Positions 1-10,749 of a stretch of 64,000 nucleotides of DNA are shown here, in pieces. The position numbers were made by a program, and so were the translations under genes. Source of the stretch: Callorhinchus milii (taxonomy: Eukaryota); contig NW_024704771.1 in assembly GCF_018977255.1 (NCBI RefSeq), forward strand, positions 3,410,001 through 3,474,000, written 5' to 3'. Below the pieces are notes generated by a model. It worked only from the letters and a program-made list of their open reading frames with translations, ran no database searches and was not told where the DNA came from. Position 1 is the first letter of the stretch. Every line of letters begins with the position of its first letter.

Positions 1-99
1 TATTATTATACACCTGAGTTGCGGTGAAGTGCATTGCGAGGTCCATCTGGTGTGAAGGTCGCTGTCTAATTTTAGCGCGTGTTGCTGTTTTTGTCTCAG

Positions 100-233
100 G
101 TCAAGGTAGACCTGAAGCACTATGAATACGTCCGGTTTTGGGTCCTGGGAAAGCGCTTCGATATTCTTCCTTTGCTCCTGACTCCTGAGACCACCGAATT
201 CTTTTTCAGGAGAAAAGAGGCTGAACGCAAGTG
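100..233 (+). CDS. TMEM143: TMEM143 internal exon (VKVDLKHYEYVRFWVLGKRF...EAERK, phase 0 to 2)
   Basis: ctcag| acceptor at 98-99, |gtaag donor at 234; open frame resembles human TMEM143 V.LD.Y.YI.FW.LG.R as recalled; phase joins the next exon (TG+G=W, then LYFKRVV). Confidence 0.9.
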
Positions 234-1033
234 GTAAGACGTTGCTCGAGTCGGTGTACAGATACGTGTGTGTGTGTGTGTGTGTGTGTGAGTTGAGGCC
301 AAGATAATGGGAAGCCTTAATTTTCAGGTCGTCTCTCCCTGTTGGTTATGGACCCCGGTAATTCAGTGGTTAGAGCACTCGCCTCGCAAGCAATGCGACC
401 CGGTTCAATTCCCGGGCGGGCAAAGCCGTTGGCAAGTCTCCTTACTCCACAAGCCTCTCGTTTCCCTGGCGTTAAGCAGGAACCCAATCGTTAGCAGACT
501 GCGGACCACTTTCTGAGTCACTCAATCCACGACTGCGTGTGGAAAACTCTGGGCACATTTGTCTGCTGTGTTCCGTCACGCAAAATACAGTCACTGCACC
601 TTAAGGCATATCGTGTGAAGCACTTTTGAGATATCTTGACAACTGTGAAGCGCTTTGGGACGTCCTCCCGACGTGAAAAGCGCTATATCAAATGCAAGGA
701 TTATTATTATTATTATTGCGATGAGGCACTACTATCGATCGCAAGGATTCCGTTGATCCTAACAACCTTTGGATTTGATACGACGACACCAACAACTTGG
801 ATTTACGCAGCGCCCTCTCTACGCCGGACGGCGTCTCAAAGAGCGCGTTACAGTTTAGGATCCCGGGCCCGAGCCGGGGGAGGGGTGGGGATCATTGAGA
901 CATCTCAAAGCGCTTCACGGAACATACTGCAAAGCAATTGTGTATTTTGTGGACAAAAATGATGACTATATTTCTAGCTTGGCGTGTTTTGATCCCCCCT
1001 CTCACTCTCTCTCTCTCTCTCTCTGTCTCTCAG

Positions 1034-1500
1034 GCTGTATTTCAAGCGTGTGGTGATGATCGCACGTCTGAAGGAGAGCCACATGGTCCTCAAGTGCTTC
1101 AAGGAGTTGCCTCTGGAGGCCTTGGAGCAGACTCTGCCCAGCGTCAGACCCCGATTCTCCATGGTGGACGCGACGCTCCTGAACCTCATGCTGGTGGGAG
1201 GTGGAATCATGCTCTTCATCAACGTGGGGACTGTGCTCCTCATGGACTTCAAACTCGAGCTCCCCCACATCCTCCTCCTCCTCCTGGTGGTCATGGGTTT
1301 CCGCTGGTGGAAGGCCTTCACTGAGAAGCGGGCTGGCTTGACCCTGCAGCTCACCCACATCCTCTACTACAAGAGCACCTCCAACAACCGGGACCTACTG
1401 GTGGCCCTGAGTGACCGAGCCTGCGAGGAGCAATTCAAGGAGCTCATCTTGGCCCAGACCTTCCTCCGTAAGCCCCTCCGCCAGGGGGAGAAGAGCCCAG
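1034..1500 (+). CDS. TMEM143: TMEM143 exon encoding the two TM helices and the LYY.STSNN motif
   Basis: Polypyrimidine/cag acceptor, |gtcag donor at 1501. YFKRVV..R.K..H.VLK.FK..PLE.LEQ.LP, LLNLMLV and LYYKSTSNN..LL.AL..RA.EE match the TMEM143 family. Confidence 0.93.
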
Positions 1501-1666
1501 GTCAGCCTCATCGCCGCTCCCTCATGCTCTCGGACCTTCTCCACACCCCCCACCCCCTCCACTACACACACACACACACACACGCTTAATATGATAACTA
1601 TAATAATCCTTGCATTTGATATCGCGCAGTATCGGAGTCCTAATGTAATCTAACATTAATATAATC

Positions 1667-1993
1667 GTGGAGTCCTGTAGCTCAGCGGTTAGAGCACTCG
1701 CTTTGCAAGTGAGAGACCTGAGTTCAATTCCAGGCAGAGGGCCAAACCTTGGGCAAGTTTCCTTACTCCACACAGAGCCTAATAATAATCCCTTCAAAAC
1801 CAAAAACAATAATAAATTGGTCATTTTCAATCCACGACTGATTGCGGGACATCGTTGTGCGCAATTGGCTGCCGCGTTCGCCCACAAATATACAGTCAAT
1901 TCACTTTACAGTCTATTCCGTGAAGCGCTTTGAGACGTCGAGAAGACGTGAAAAAGCGCTTTATCAAATGCGAGGAATATTATTATTATTATT
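1667..1993 (+). mobile_element. tRNA(Ala)-derived SINE, young-type body, L2-like tail
   Basis: A box tagctcagcgg, anticodon arm ctcgc-tttgcaa-gtgag, B box gttcaattcc, 3' hairpin, (ATT)n tail. Confidence 0.9.
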
Positions 1994-2127
1994 AGGTCTC
2001 AGAGCGCTTTGCAGAATACACGGCAAAGGGAATCGGGGGGGGGGGGGGGGGGGAGGGGTAAGAGGGAGCGGGGAGGGAAGAGAGGGGTGAGAGCGAGTGA
2101 CTGATGCCCTCCGTCTCCTCGCCGCAG

Positions 2128-2369
2128 ATCACTTTCACCGTGCGATCCAGCAGCAGCTCGAGGAAGAGGTGTCATCTTGGCTCCATCAGAAATCGGGGGT
2201 CAAAGTTCACTTCAATGCCCACCGTGCCTTAGCCAACCTCACCCACCTCCGAGGGGAATTAAAGAAGGCGCCCGTGGGGGGTCGGGGGGAAGGGGAGGTA
2301 GGCGGCGGGGGAGTAGGGGGAAAGGGGAATAGGGGATCAGAGGGAGGAGTAGGGGGTGCAGGCGAGTAG
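2128..2369 (+). CDS. TMEM143: TMEM143 terminal coding exon (DHFHRAIQQQLEEEVSSWLHQKSGVKVHFNAHRALANL...stop)
   Basis: ctcgccgcag| acceptor, phase 1 compatible; EV..WL...SG..V.FN..RALA.L matches the family C-terminus. The G-rich low-complexity tail makes the exact stop less certain. Confidence 0.85.
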
Positions 2370-3028
2370 AGGTGAAGGACAAGGGAAGTGGGCGGGGGTG
2401 GGGGGGGAGAGATAGGGGGTAAGGGGGGAAGGGGAGCGAGGGAGAAGGGGATTAGGGGGAGGAGTAGGTAGGAGTGAGAGTCGGGGAAGAGGGGGAGTAG
2501 GCAGGGAGGGGGGAGTAGAAGGGTGGAGGGGAGTCAGGGAGTGCACGAGAGAGAACCCTGGATTTCCATATTAAAATCTTCAATCCATCCGGTGTCCCTG
2601 TGGACCTGTAGCTCAGTGGTTAGAGCGCTCGCCTCACGAGCGAGAGGACCCGGGTGGGGCAAAACCTGCGGGTGGGTGATGGGGTGGGGTGGGGGGGCGG
2701 CGGGTGGGGCGGGGGGCGCGGAGTTCTGGATTAACTGGATATTGGGGCAAGAGGAACTGCGGAGATTCCGCGCCGGAACCAGTCGGTCTGAACCAAGAAA
2801 ATATTTAGTTGACCGAAGATAATACGGGGCAGCGTTCCAATAACTGGGAGGGAGAGAGGGCTTTGGGTCAGTGAGCGAGGAGTCCGAGGATCCCACTCTG
2901 TGATTTCCCTCACTCCCGGGGGCTGGGAATCTGATGCCAGGGACGAGGGACGTCAGTTGCGCGGAGAGGCCGGGATCGTTGTCCTGAGAGCAGAGAAGGT
3001 CGAGAGGAGATTTTTGTGGGTGTTCCAA

Positions 3029-3034
3029 AATAAA
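3029..3034 (+). promoter_or_regulatory. Candidate polyadenylation signal for TMEM143
   Basis: AATAAA about 660 bp after the stop codon; no transcript evidence. Confidence 0.3.
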
Positions 3035-3759
3035 GAGTAAACACGGAGAAACGGTTTCCCCCGGTGGGTGGGTGGGTCGGTCACCAGGGGACACCCGGTC
3101 GGTATAAGATAATCGGGAAAAGAACCAGAGCGGAGATGGGAATTATTATTATTATTTTTTTTTAAACGCAGAGAGTTGTTAACGGTCTGGAATTCACTGC
3201 CTGAAAAGGGTGGGGGAAACCGATTTGAGAGCAGCTTTCGAAAGGGAATTGGAGTGGGTACTGGAAAAGAAACACCGTGCCGGGCTAATGGGGGTAATGG
3301 TAATAAGAATAATCCTTGCATTCGGCAAAGCGGCTTATCACGTCATTGAGACGTCTCGAAAGCCCTTCGCAGAACACACTGCGAAGTGGATCGACTGTAT
3401 ATTTTGTGGGTGAAACGCGGCAGCCCACCTGCGCACAGCAGCGTCCCACAAACTGTCGCGGATTGAGCGACCAAGTTATTATTATTTATTTGGTGGCATT
3501 ATTACTTCCGGAAAAGCGATCCACCGGTTGACTTAACATTTAATACGACTTATGCAAAGTGTGAGTTATGTGAAACTTGCATAGAATATAAACTCTTCAA
3601 CGGGCGATTATACGATTTAATGCCCATCAGACTTACGTGAGGTTTACTGTAGTAAACTGCAATAATCCTGATCTGACTTTCCTTCACACACACATACAGA
3701 CACACACACAGACAACACACACACAGCGACACACACACACAGATAGACACATACACACA

Positions 3760-4091
3760 TAATAATAATAACAATAATAATCCTTCCATTTGATTTAGCG
3801 CTTTTCACGTCGGGAGAGGACGTCCCAAAGCGCTTCACAGAACACACTGTAAAGTGAATTGACTGTATATTTGTGGGCGAACGCGGCAGCCGATGGCGCA
3901 CAGCAATGTCCCACAAACAGTCGTGGATTGAAAATGACCCATTTATTATTGTTTTGGGTTTTGGAGGGATTATTATTAGGCTCTGTGTGGGGTAAGGAAA
4001 CTTGCCCGAGGTTTGGCCCTCTGCCTGGAATTGAACTCAGGTCTCTCACTTGCAAAGCGAGTGCTCTAACCACTGAGCTACAGGACTCCAC
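3760..4091 (-). mobile_element. tRNA-SINE, young subfamily, full length
   Basis: Reverse complement of the same consensus. Confidence 0.9.
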
Positions 4092-4469
4092 AGACAGACA
4101 GACACACACAGACAGACACACACACACAGACACTGGCCGTTTATCTAAACGAGGAAGCGATTTGCTGGAGGTTTCAGTTACGTTTATGCAATGGCATCAA
4201 CGCCAAGAGCTGAAGGAGGTGATGGGGAGCGTCTTGTACTCAGTCAGATGTGAGGTTGCTTCACTCCGGGTTCGAGAATACACTGTAAAGTGGATCGACC
4301 GTACGTTTTATGCTCGAAAGAGTGAGCGAGTGGGACTGGATGGGCCGCCCTGTCCCACAGCCAGGCCAGGCCAGGCACGATGGGCTGAATGGCCTCTTCA
4401 TGTGCTGTAGCTTGTGCACTGCTCTGGCCCTGGCCTTGGCCACCGGCTCTGGCCCTGGTCGGCACAGGC

Positions 4470-4772
4470 TCACACACTGATGGTCCTGAACACTGTGAAG
4501 CCGCTGTGAGCCGTGGTGACCAGGACCCCAGGATAGCGCGAGGCCCAATGCAGCTCCTTCAGGTCGTTGTCGCCCTCGTGTACGAACAGGAGCTGTGGGG
4601 GCAGCCTGGCCTCCTCCGCCCCCGCCTCGCCGTCCCGCTCCACCGCCAAATCCCACTGGGTGACTCGGTCGTCGGCTCCTGCAGCGGCAAAGACCCCCGG
4701 GTCGGAGGGATGCCATTGCACCGACGTGATGGGGGCCGTATGCTGCTTAAACGTAGCCACACTCTGCCCCGT
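4470..4772 (-). CDS. GRWD1: GRWD1 exon 7 (terminal), ends ...GFTVFRTISV*
   Basis: WD40 repeats VATFKQH.APITSV.WHP and QLLFVH.G...LKELHW; C-terminal FRTISV as in GRWD1/Rrb1; phase 0 acceptor. Confidence 0.96.
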   Translation of the reverse strand, partial: TGQSVATFKQHTAPITSVQWHPSDPGVFAAAGADDRVTQWDLAVERDGEAGAEEARLPPQLLFVHEGDNDLKELHWASRYPGVLVTTAHSGFTVFRTISV

Positions 4773-5594
4773 CTGCAACACAGAGATTCACAACTTTAAT
4801 AGTAATATTCCCTGCATCTGACACAGCGGCTCCTCCCCTCCCCCTTTCCATCTTCCCTTCCCTCTCCTCTCCCCTCCCTCTCTCCCCTCCTCCCTCTCCC
4901 AGCGTCTCCAAGCGCTTCACAGGAGTCACCGTAAAATAAATTCACTGAGTGTTTTGTGGGCGAAACACGGCAGCCAACTGCACAGCAGCGCCTGTCCCAC
5001 TAACAGTCATGGATCGGATTGACCAATTTATTATTGTTGTTGTTTTATCGACAACGTGATAAAGCTCTATATCAAATGCGAGGATTATTATTATTATTAT
5101 TAGATAAACAGAGCCATGTGGAGTAAGGAAACTTGCCAGAGGTTTCACCCCACGCGGGAATCGAACCCGGGTCCTCTCGCTTGCGAAGCGAGTGCTCTAA
5201 CCACTGCACTCCAGTGACTCACAGAACTCCAGTGAGCGGAGAGGAGGGGGGTTGACCTGAAGTGATGGTCCCGGAGTGAGATGGGGGTGGGGGTGGGGGG
5301 GGAGGAAGGAGGGAAGGATTGGAGTTCTGCAGCTCAGCGAGAGGACCTGGGTTTGTTTCCTGGGCCGGGGTGAAACCTTGGCCAAGTTTCCTTACTCCAC
5401 GCAGCGGTTCATATACGTTAGTCGCTTTTCCGGGGGTAATAATCCCTTCAAAATAAATAATAATACTGTGGTGGCTCAATCCCTGACCGTTTGTGGGACA
5501 GACGTTGCTGTGCGCAATTGGCTGCCGCAGCAATTCACTTTACAGTATATTCTGTAATATACTTCGAGACCTAGATATTTAAAGCCAGGAATAT

Positions 5595-5725
5595 TATTAT
5601 TGTTGTTGGTGGTGGTGGTTGTTATTGATGTTGTGGTGATGGTCGTGTTGGTGGTGTCGTTGGTTGTGGTGTTGTTGGTGTTGGTGGTGATGGTGTTGGT
5701 GGTGTTGGTGTTGGTGGTGGTTGGG
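5595..5725. repeat. (GGT/GTT)n microsatellite
   Basis: Direct reading. Confidence 0.95.
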
Positions 5726-5746
5726 GGAGGTCTGAGCTCCACTGAC

Positions 5747-5944
5747 CTGAAGCTGTCTCAGGTCCCAAACGGTTACAGCTCCGTCGTCCCCCCCTGACAC
5801 AAGAAAAGGTTCCATCCGGTTCCAGCTGATCACGTTAACGTCTGAGCTGTGGGCGTTGGGCACCGAGATCATACAGGCAGCCGAGGGGGGAGCCCTGATA
5901 TCCCACACCCTCAGAGAGGTGTCTACAGAGCACGAGGCAAATAC
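5747..5944 (-). CDS. GRWD1: GRWD1 exon 6 ([18 protein letters not shown]...WDLRQLQ)
   Basis: Canonical AG/GT, 198 nt, phase 0 to 0, WD40 repeats. Confidence 0.95.
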
Positions 5945-5949
5945 CTGCC

Positions 5950-6175
5950 AAGTGAGAGAGAGTGAGAGTGAGAGAGGGGGGGAGTGAAAGAGAGAGGGAG
6001 TGAGAGAGAGAGAGAGAGTGTGTGAGAGAGAGTGAGAGAGATGGAGTGTGTGTGAGAGACAGAGACAGTGTGTGAGAGAGAGTGAGTGAATGAGATGTTT
6101 GTGAGAGAGAGAGAAAGGGAGTGTGAGGGAGCGTGACAGAGAGAGAGGGGAGTGTGTGAGAGACACAGAGAGAGT

Positions 6176-6206
<31 letters not shown>

Positions 6207-6820
6207 GGAGCGTGTGAGAAAGAGAGTGAGAGAAAGCAAGCGTCACGTAGCGAGAGTGTCAGAGAGAGTCAGAGAGCGGGAGTGTGAGAGAGAGGGTGAG
6301 AGTGCGTGGGCAAGATGGTGTGTGAGTGAGTGTGCGAGTGAGAGAGTGCGAGCGGCAGTGTGCGCGAGCGAGAGAGTGCGAGAGTGTGTGAGCAAGAGTG
6401 TGTGTGAGCGAGCTTGTGTGCGAGCGAGAGTGCGTGCGAGCGAGAGTGCGTGCGAGCGAGAGTGTGAGCGAGCGCGAGTGTGAGCGAGTGAGTGTGTGTG
6501 AGCGAGAGTGCGAGTGAGTGTGTGAGCGAGAGTGCGAGTGAGTGTGTGTGAGCGAGAGTGCGAGTGAGAGAGTGTGTGAGCGAGTGAGTGTGTGTGAGCG
6601 AGAGTGCGAGTGAGTATGTGTGAGCGAGAGTGCGAGTGAGTATGTGTGAGTGAGAGTACGAGTGAGAGAGTGTGTGAGCGAGTGCGCGAGTGAGAGAGTG
6701 TGCGAGCGAGAGTGCGAGTGAGTGTGCGAGCGAGAGAGAGCACGAGAGAGAGGGAGGAGAGATGTGAAAGAGCCGGGGAGAGCGAGAGAGAGAGAGAGAG
6801 AAAGAGAAAGAGAGAGACTG
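5950..6820. repeat. Complex GA/GT/GC dinucleotide satellite filling GRWD1 intron 5
   Basis: Direct reading. Confidence 0.95.
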
Positions 6821-6822
6821 AC

Positions 6823-6965
6823 CGTGGGCTCGTTGGGTGACCACTGCACGTCCTCCGCTGACTGGCTGTGCCCGGTCAGGGGTCTCTGATCGACGGACCA
6901 GGTGCCATCCTCCCGGGGTTCCCAAACATGGAGTCTCCCCTTCACGTCCCCCGTGACCAGCCGTC
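6823..6965 (-). CDS. GRWD1: GRWD1 exon 5 (RLVTGDVKGRLHVWEP...QWSPNEPT)
   Basis: Canonical AG/GT, 143 nt, phase 1 to 0. Confidence 0.95.
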
Positions 6966-8231
6966 CTGCAACACAGAGACCCCCCCGGACCCCAGTGACC
7001 AGCCTGGAACACACTGACCCCATGACAGCACCACCACCACCAAAAAAAATGGCATGTGTAAAGCGCCTTTTTAACCGCGCCTTCACCTCCCCTCTCGCCT
7101 CTCTACCCCCTCCTCGCTCCCTCCCTTCCCTCCCCTCACCCTGACCATTTCCCCCCCCCCCCCCAATGCTCGGGTCCCGACCCTTATGTCCAGCGCCTTG
7201 GGGCGTCCTCCGGACATGAAAGGCACTCTATAAATGTAATGTTGTTGTTGCTGTTGTTAATGTCGAGAGGACGTCCCAAAGCCCTGGACAGTCGGGGATC
7301 AGGACTGGAGTGTGGGGGTGGGGGGTGGGAGCGGAGGGGGGGTTCGGGTTGGGATGAAGGAGGGCAGACAGGAGCAGCTGAAAGAAGTCGAAAAAAAGCG
7401 TCTTGAGTCGTGCCTTGAAGGAGGCACTGTGGTGGGTGTGGGGGGGGGGAACGAGGCGAAGGGACCGGGGGATGAAGTTATAAAGGATGGGGCCGAGGCT
7501 GGAGGTCGGGCAGGAGACACGGGAGCGGCCGGAGCCGCCCAAACGGAGGGAGGGAGCGGGCAGGCCGACGGGGGGGGGATCAGCAGTGCTGTCCCCTCTC
7601 AGCCTCGCGCGGGTCTGGCGGCGCTGGGGCCCGTGGTTCCCGCGCACTTGGCCATTCCGGCAGCCGGGAGCGGACTGCGACCCGGGATCCAGGAGGCGCT
7701 GGTGAAGAGGATCACAGAGAGAGAGAGAGAGAGTTACAGGAGACGGCCGGCGAGAGATCGGCCTTGTCCTGAGCCCGGAGGCGCGGAGGAGGTTGGAGCG
7801 GCCAAGAGCGGAGGCCGAGAGCGCGGGTGATCGGGCGAGGGGGGTGCCCGGCTCTGACCGGCGGGGTCGAGGGGGGGCGATTGAGGTCGGGGGTCAGGGA
7901 GAGGCGAGGCCGTGGTGGACCTTGAAGGTGAGAACCAGCCGGTAATCCGGAGACGACACCATGTTGCTCCGGTCTCTGCCCTGCGCAGGGAGCGCTGTGT
8001 AAATGCTTTCGGTCACACTCCTGCCCCCGCCCTCCCCCCCACACCCCCCCCCCAATCCCAACCGCCAGCTCCGGTCCAAATCCCTGACTGTCCAGCGCCT
8101 CGGGACGCCCTCCCAACGTGAAGGTCGCCGCGTGAATGTCCTTCTTGTTGTTGTCGAGAGACCTCCCGGGTCTCCTCAGCCCTCCCACCCCCCCCCCCCC
8201 GTCCCGTCTCCCTCCTCACCCCCTCACTCAC

Positions 8232-8445
8232 CGGCGACCAGAGGGTTCCAGTCCAGCGCGTATCCCTCCGCCATGTGGCCGGTGAAGGAGGTCAGTGGTC
8301 GCTGCTCCTTCTGTCTCTTCTGGAGGAAGTGCGCCATCGCCTCGGGCACCTCCACGGCCTTCACCAACTCCTGCAGCCGCCACAGGTCAACCTGTCCCCG
8401 CTCCGACCACACAGCGGCCACCGGGGAGTCTCCCACAGACTGCAC
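8232..8445 (-). CDS. GRWD1: GRWD1 exon 4 (VQSVGDSPVAAVWSERGQV...GYALDWNPLVA)
   Basis: Canonical AG/GTGAGT, 214 nt, phase 0 to 1. Confidence 0.95.
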
Positions 8446-8499
8446 CTGGGGGGGGGGGGGGGGGGGTGCGGCGGGGGGAGGGGGTGAAGATAGTGTGCG

Positions 8500-9175
8500 T
8501 GAGAGACAGATATATCAAATGCAAGGATTATTATTATTATTATTATGGAGATAGTGTGTGCGTGAGACTGTGTGTGTGTGAGAGAGAGACTATGTGTGNN
8601 NNNNNNNNNNNNNNNNNNNNNNNNNNNNNNNNNNNNNNNNNNNNNNNNNNNNNNNNNNNNNNNNNNNNNNNNNNNNNNNNNNNNNNNNNNNNNNNNNNNN
8701 NNNNNNNNNNNNNNNNNNNNNNNNNNNNNNNNNNNNNNNNNNNNNATGTGTGTACGTGTGCAAGACTGTGTGCGTGAGAGACTGTGTGTGATAGACAATG
8801 TGTGTGATAAAGACATACATGTGGGTGTGATAGAGATTGTGTGTGTGTGCGATAGAGCCTGTGCGTGTGACTGCGTATGAGAGACTCTGTTTGTGTGTGT
8901 GTGAGACTGCGTGTGCCTGAGACTGCATGTGTGTGTGTGTGTGTGTGAGAGACTGCATGTGTGTGTGTGTGTGAGGGACTGTGTGTGTGTGACTGCATGT
9001 GCCTGAGAGACTGTGTGTGCGCATGAGACTGTGTGTGCGTGCGTGTGTGTGAGAAACTGTGTGTGTGTGCGTGAGAGACTGTGTGTGTGTGTGAGCGTGA
9101 CAGACTGTGTGCGTGAGAGAACCTGTGTGTGCGCGTGAGAGAGACAGCAGCACACAGTACAGTGTGTGAGCGACA
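8500..9175. repeat. GT/GA-rich satellite in GRWD1 intron 3 (gap 8599-8745)
   Basis: Direct reading. Confidence 0.93.
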
Positions 9176-9180
9176 CTCAC

Positions 9181-9343
9181 CCTGACACGGTTGATGGTGC
9201 CGTGATATGGGATCATGGCGATCTCTAGCCTTGGCTGCTTCTCCTCATCCTCTTCATCATCATCATCACTGCTATCGGACTCCGAGTCTGAGCCCACCTT
9301 TGGCTCGGAGACCCGGACGTTGGACAGTTTCATCAGGATCAGC
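9181..9343 (-). CDS. GRWD1: GRWD1 exon 3 (acidic, glutamate-rich segment; ...IPYHGTINRVR)
   Basis: Canonical AG/GTGAGT, 163 nt, phase 2 to 0, D/E-rich run. Confidence 0.94.
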
Positions 9344-9349
9344 CTGAGA

Positions 9350-9625
9350 GACAACAACACATTACATTTCCGCAGCACCTTCACATCAGGAGGACGTCCC
9401 AAGGCGCCGGTGCAAGTGTTTTGGACCCGAGCTGTGGGGTCGGGATCGGGGAGGGTGGAGGGCGTGGGGGTGGGTGTGGTGAGGGAGGGTGACCGAAGGC
9501 ACGGCCGAAGAGGAAGGTCTTGAGACGGGTCTCGGAGGAGGCAAGGGAGGGGGGCGAGGCGGAGGGACTGTGGGATGGAGTTCCAGAGGGTGGGGGCAGA
9601 GTGGCGGAAGGCCCGCCCACCAATG
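9350..9625 (-). mobile_element. L2 LINE 3' fragment
   Basis: ccaccatcggtggc...gccttc...ctctggaactcc..ttcaaga.cc.tctcaagac motif block plus terminal hairpin. Confidence 0.8.
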
Positions 9626-10608
9626 GTGGGGTGGGCAGGGCACAAAACACACAGCCTCTGCACTCTACAGTATATCCTGTGAAGCGCTTTAAGACGTCTC
9701 GACGACGTGATGATGATGATGATAATAATAATAATAATCCCTGCATTTGATACAGCGCCTCCTGACTAGTCGGCCTGCAACTCACTCTCCGATGGTGGGG
9801 ACAGAGGCCGCTGAGCGGAGGGGGTGGACAGGTCGGTAAGGAGTTAGCAGATCACAGAGGTTGGGAGGAGCAAGGCCGCGGGGGGGGTGGGGCGGGCGGG
9901 CGGGGGCTTTGAAGGCAAGGACGAGGATTTTTGAACTCTATCCTCTGGGGGTGAGGGTGGGCGCGAGGGGGTGACGTAGCCTGGTGCGGGAGCTGCAGAT
10001 TTCCGGGAATATCTGCGGCTTCTAGTAATAACAACAACCCTTGCACTCGACGTAGCGCTTTTCACATCTTCCCGACCTCTCAAAGCGCTTCGCAGGATAG
10101 ACTGTAAAGTGAATTGGACCGTGTACTTGTGCGCGAAAAGCGGGGGCCAATCGCGCACAGCAGCGTCCCACAAACAGCCGTGGATTGAAGTGACCGATTT
10201 ATTATTTCTTTTCCTTGAGGGATTATTATCAGGCGCGAGCGCGCGCGCGCGTCTGCGTGTGTGTGTGTGGAGTAAGGAAACTTATCCAACGTTTCACCCT
10301 GACCTGCCGGGGGGGAATCGAACTCAGGTCCTCTCGCTCGCTCGCGAGGCGCGTGCTCTAACCGCTGAGCTACAGGACTCCCGGCTTGTGGAGGGAGGCG
10401 CCTGCGAGGCTGCTCATCGCCCAATTATTATCATTATTATTTCATATTATCACGATTAATGATAATAATAATAATAATAATAATGATAGTGTTCCTTATT
10501 GAACGGCGACGGCCGGTGTCAGCCCGGGACCAGCTGTGGCGGACGTCAAAGTGTTTCTCGTTATGGACCGTTTCTGGTCGAAGCTCGAGAGTCGGGGGTC
10601 GCCCTCAC

Positions 10609-10735
10609 CTGTTGGCTGCGGTGGTCTCGGCCTGCGTCCCCGCGCACAGGTACAGGCTGAGGGGGGCCGTGGACGCAGGTACCTCTGCGGCTGCCGCTCG
10701 GTCCTGCAGGATGTCGAAACTCAGACATGGCGCCC
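10609..10735 (-). CDS. GRWD1: GRWD1 exon 2 (APCLSFDIL...LYLCAGTQAE)
   Basis: Canonical AG/GTGAG, 127 nt, phase 1 to 2; PCLSFDI and LCAGTQA are GRWD1 hallmarks. Confidence 0.94.
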
Positions 10736-10749
10736 CTGGGGGGGGGGGG

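Noticed and set aside
1667-1740. tRNA-Ala(TGC)-like genes at SINE heads
   Set aside because: A/B boxes and the anticodon arm are present, but there is no complete acceptor stem and the sequence continues into the SINE body.
2534-3321. ORFs downstream of TMEM143
   Set aside because: No splice sites, homology or codon signal; consistent with 3' UTR or intergenic sequence.
7040-8220. GC-rich ORFs in GRWD1 intron 4
   Set aside because: Overlapping L2 fragments in both orientations plus G/C runs.
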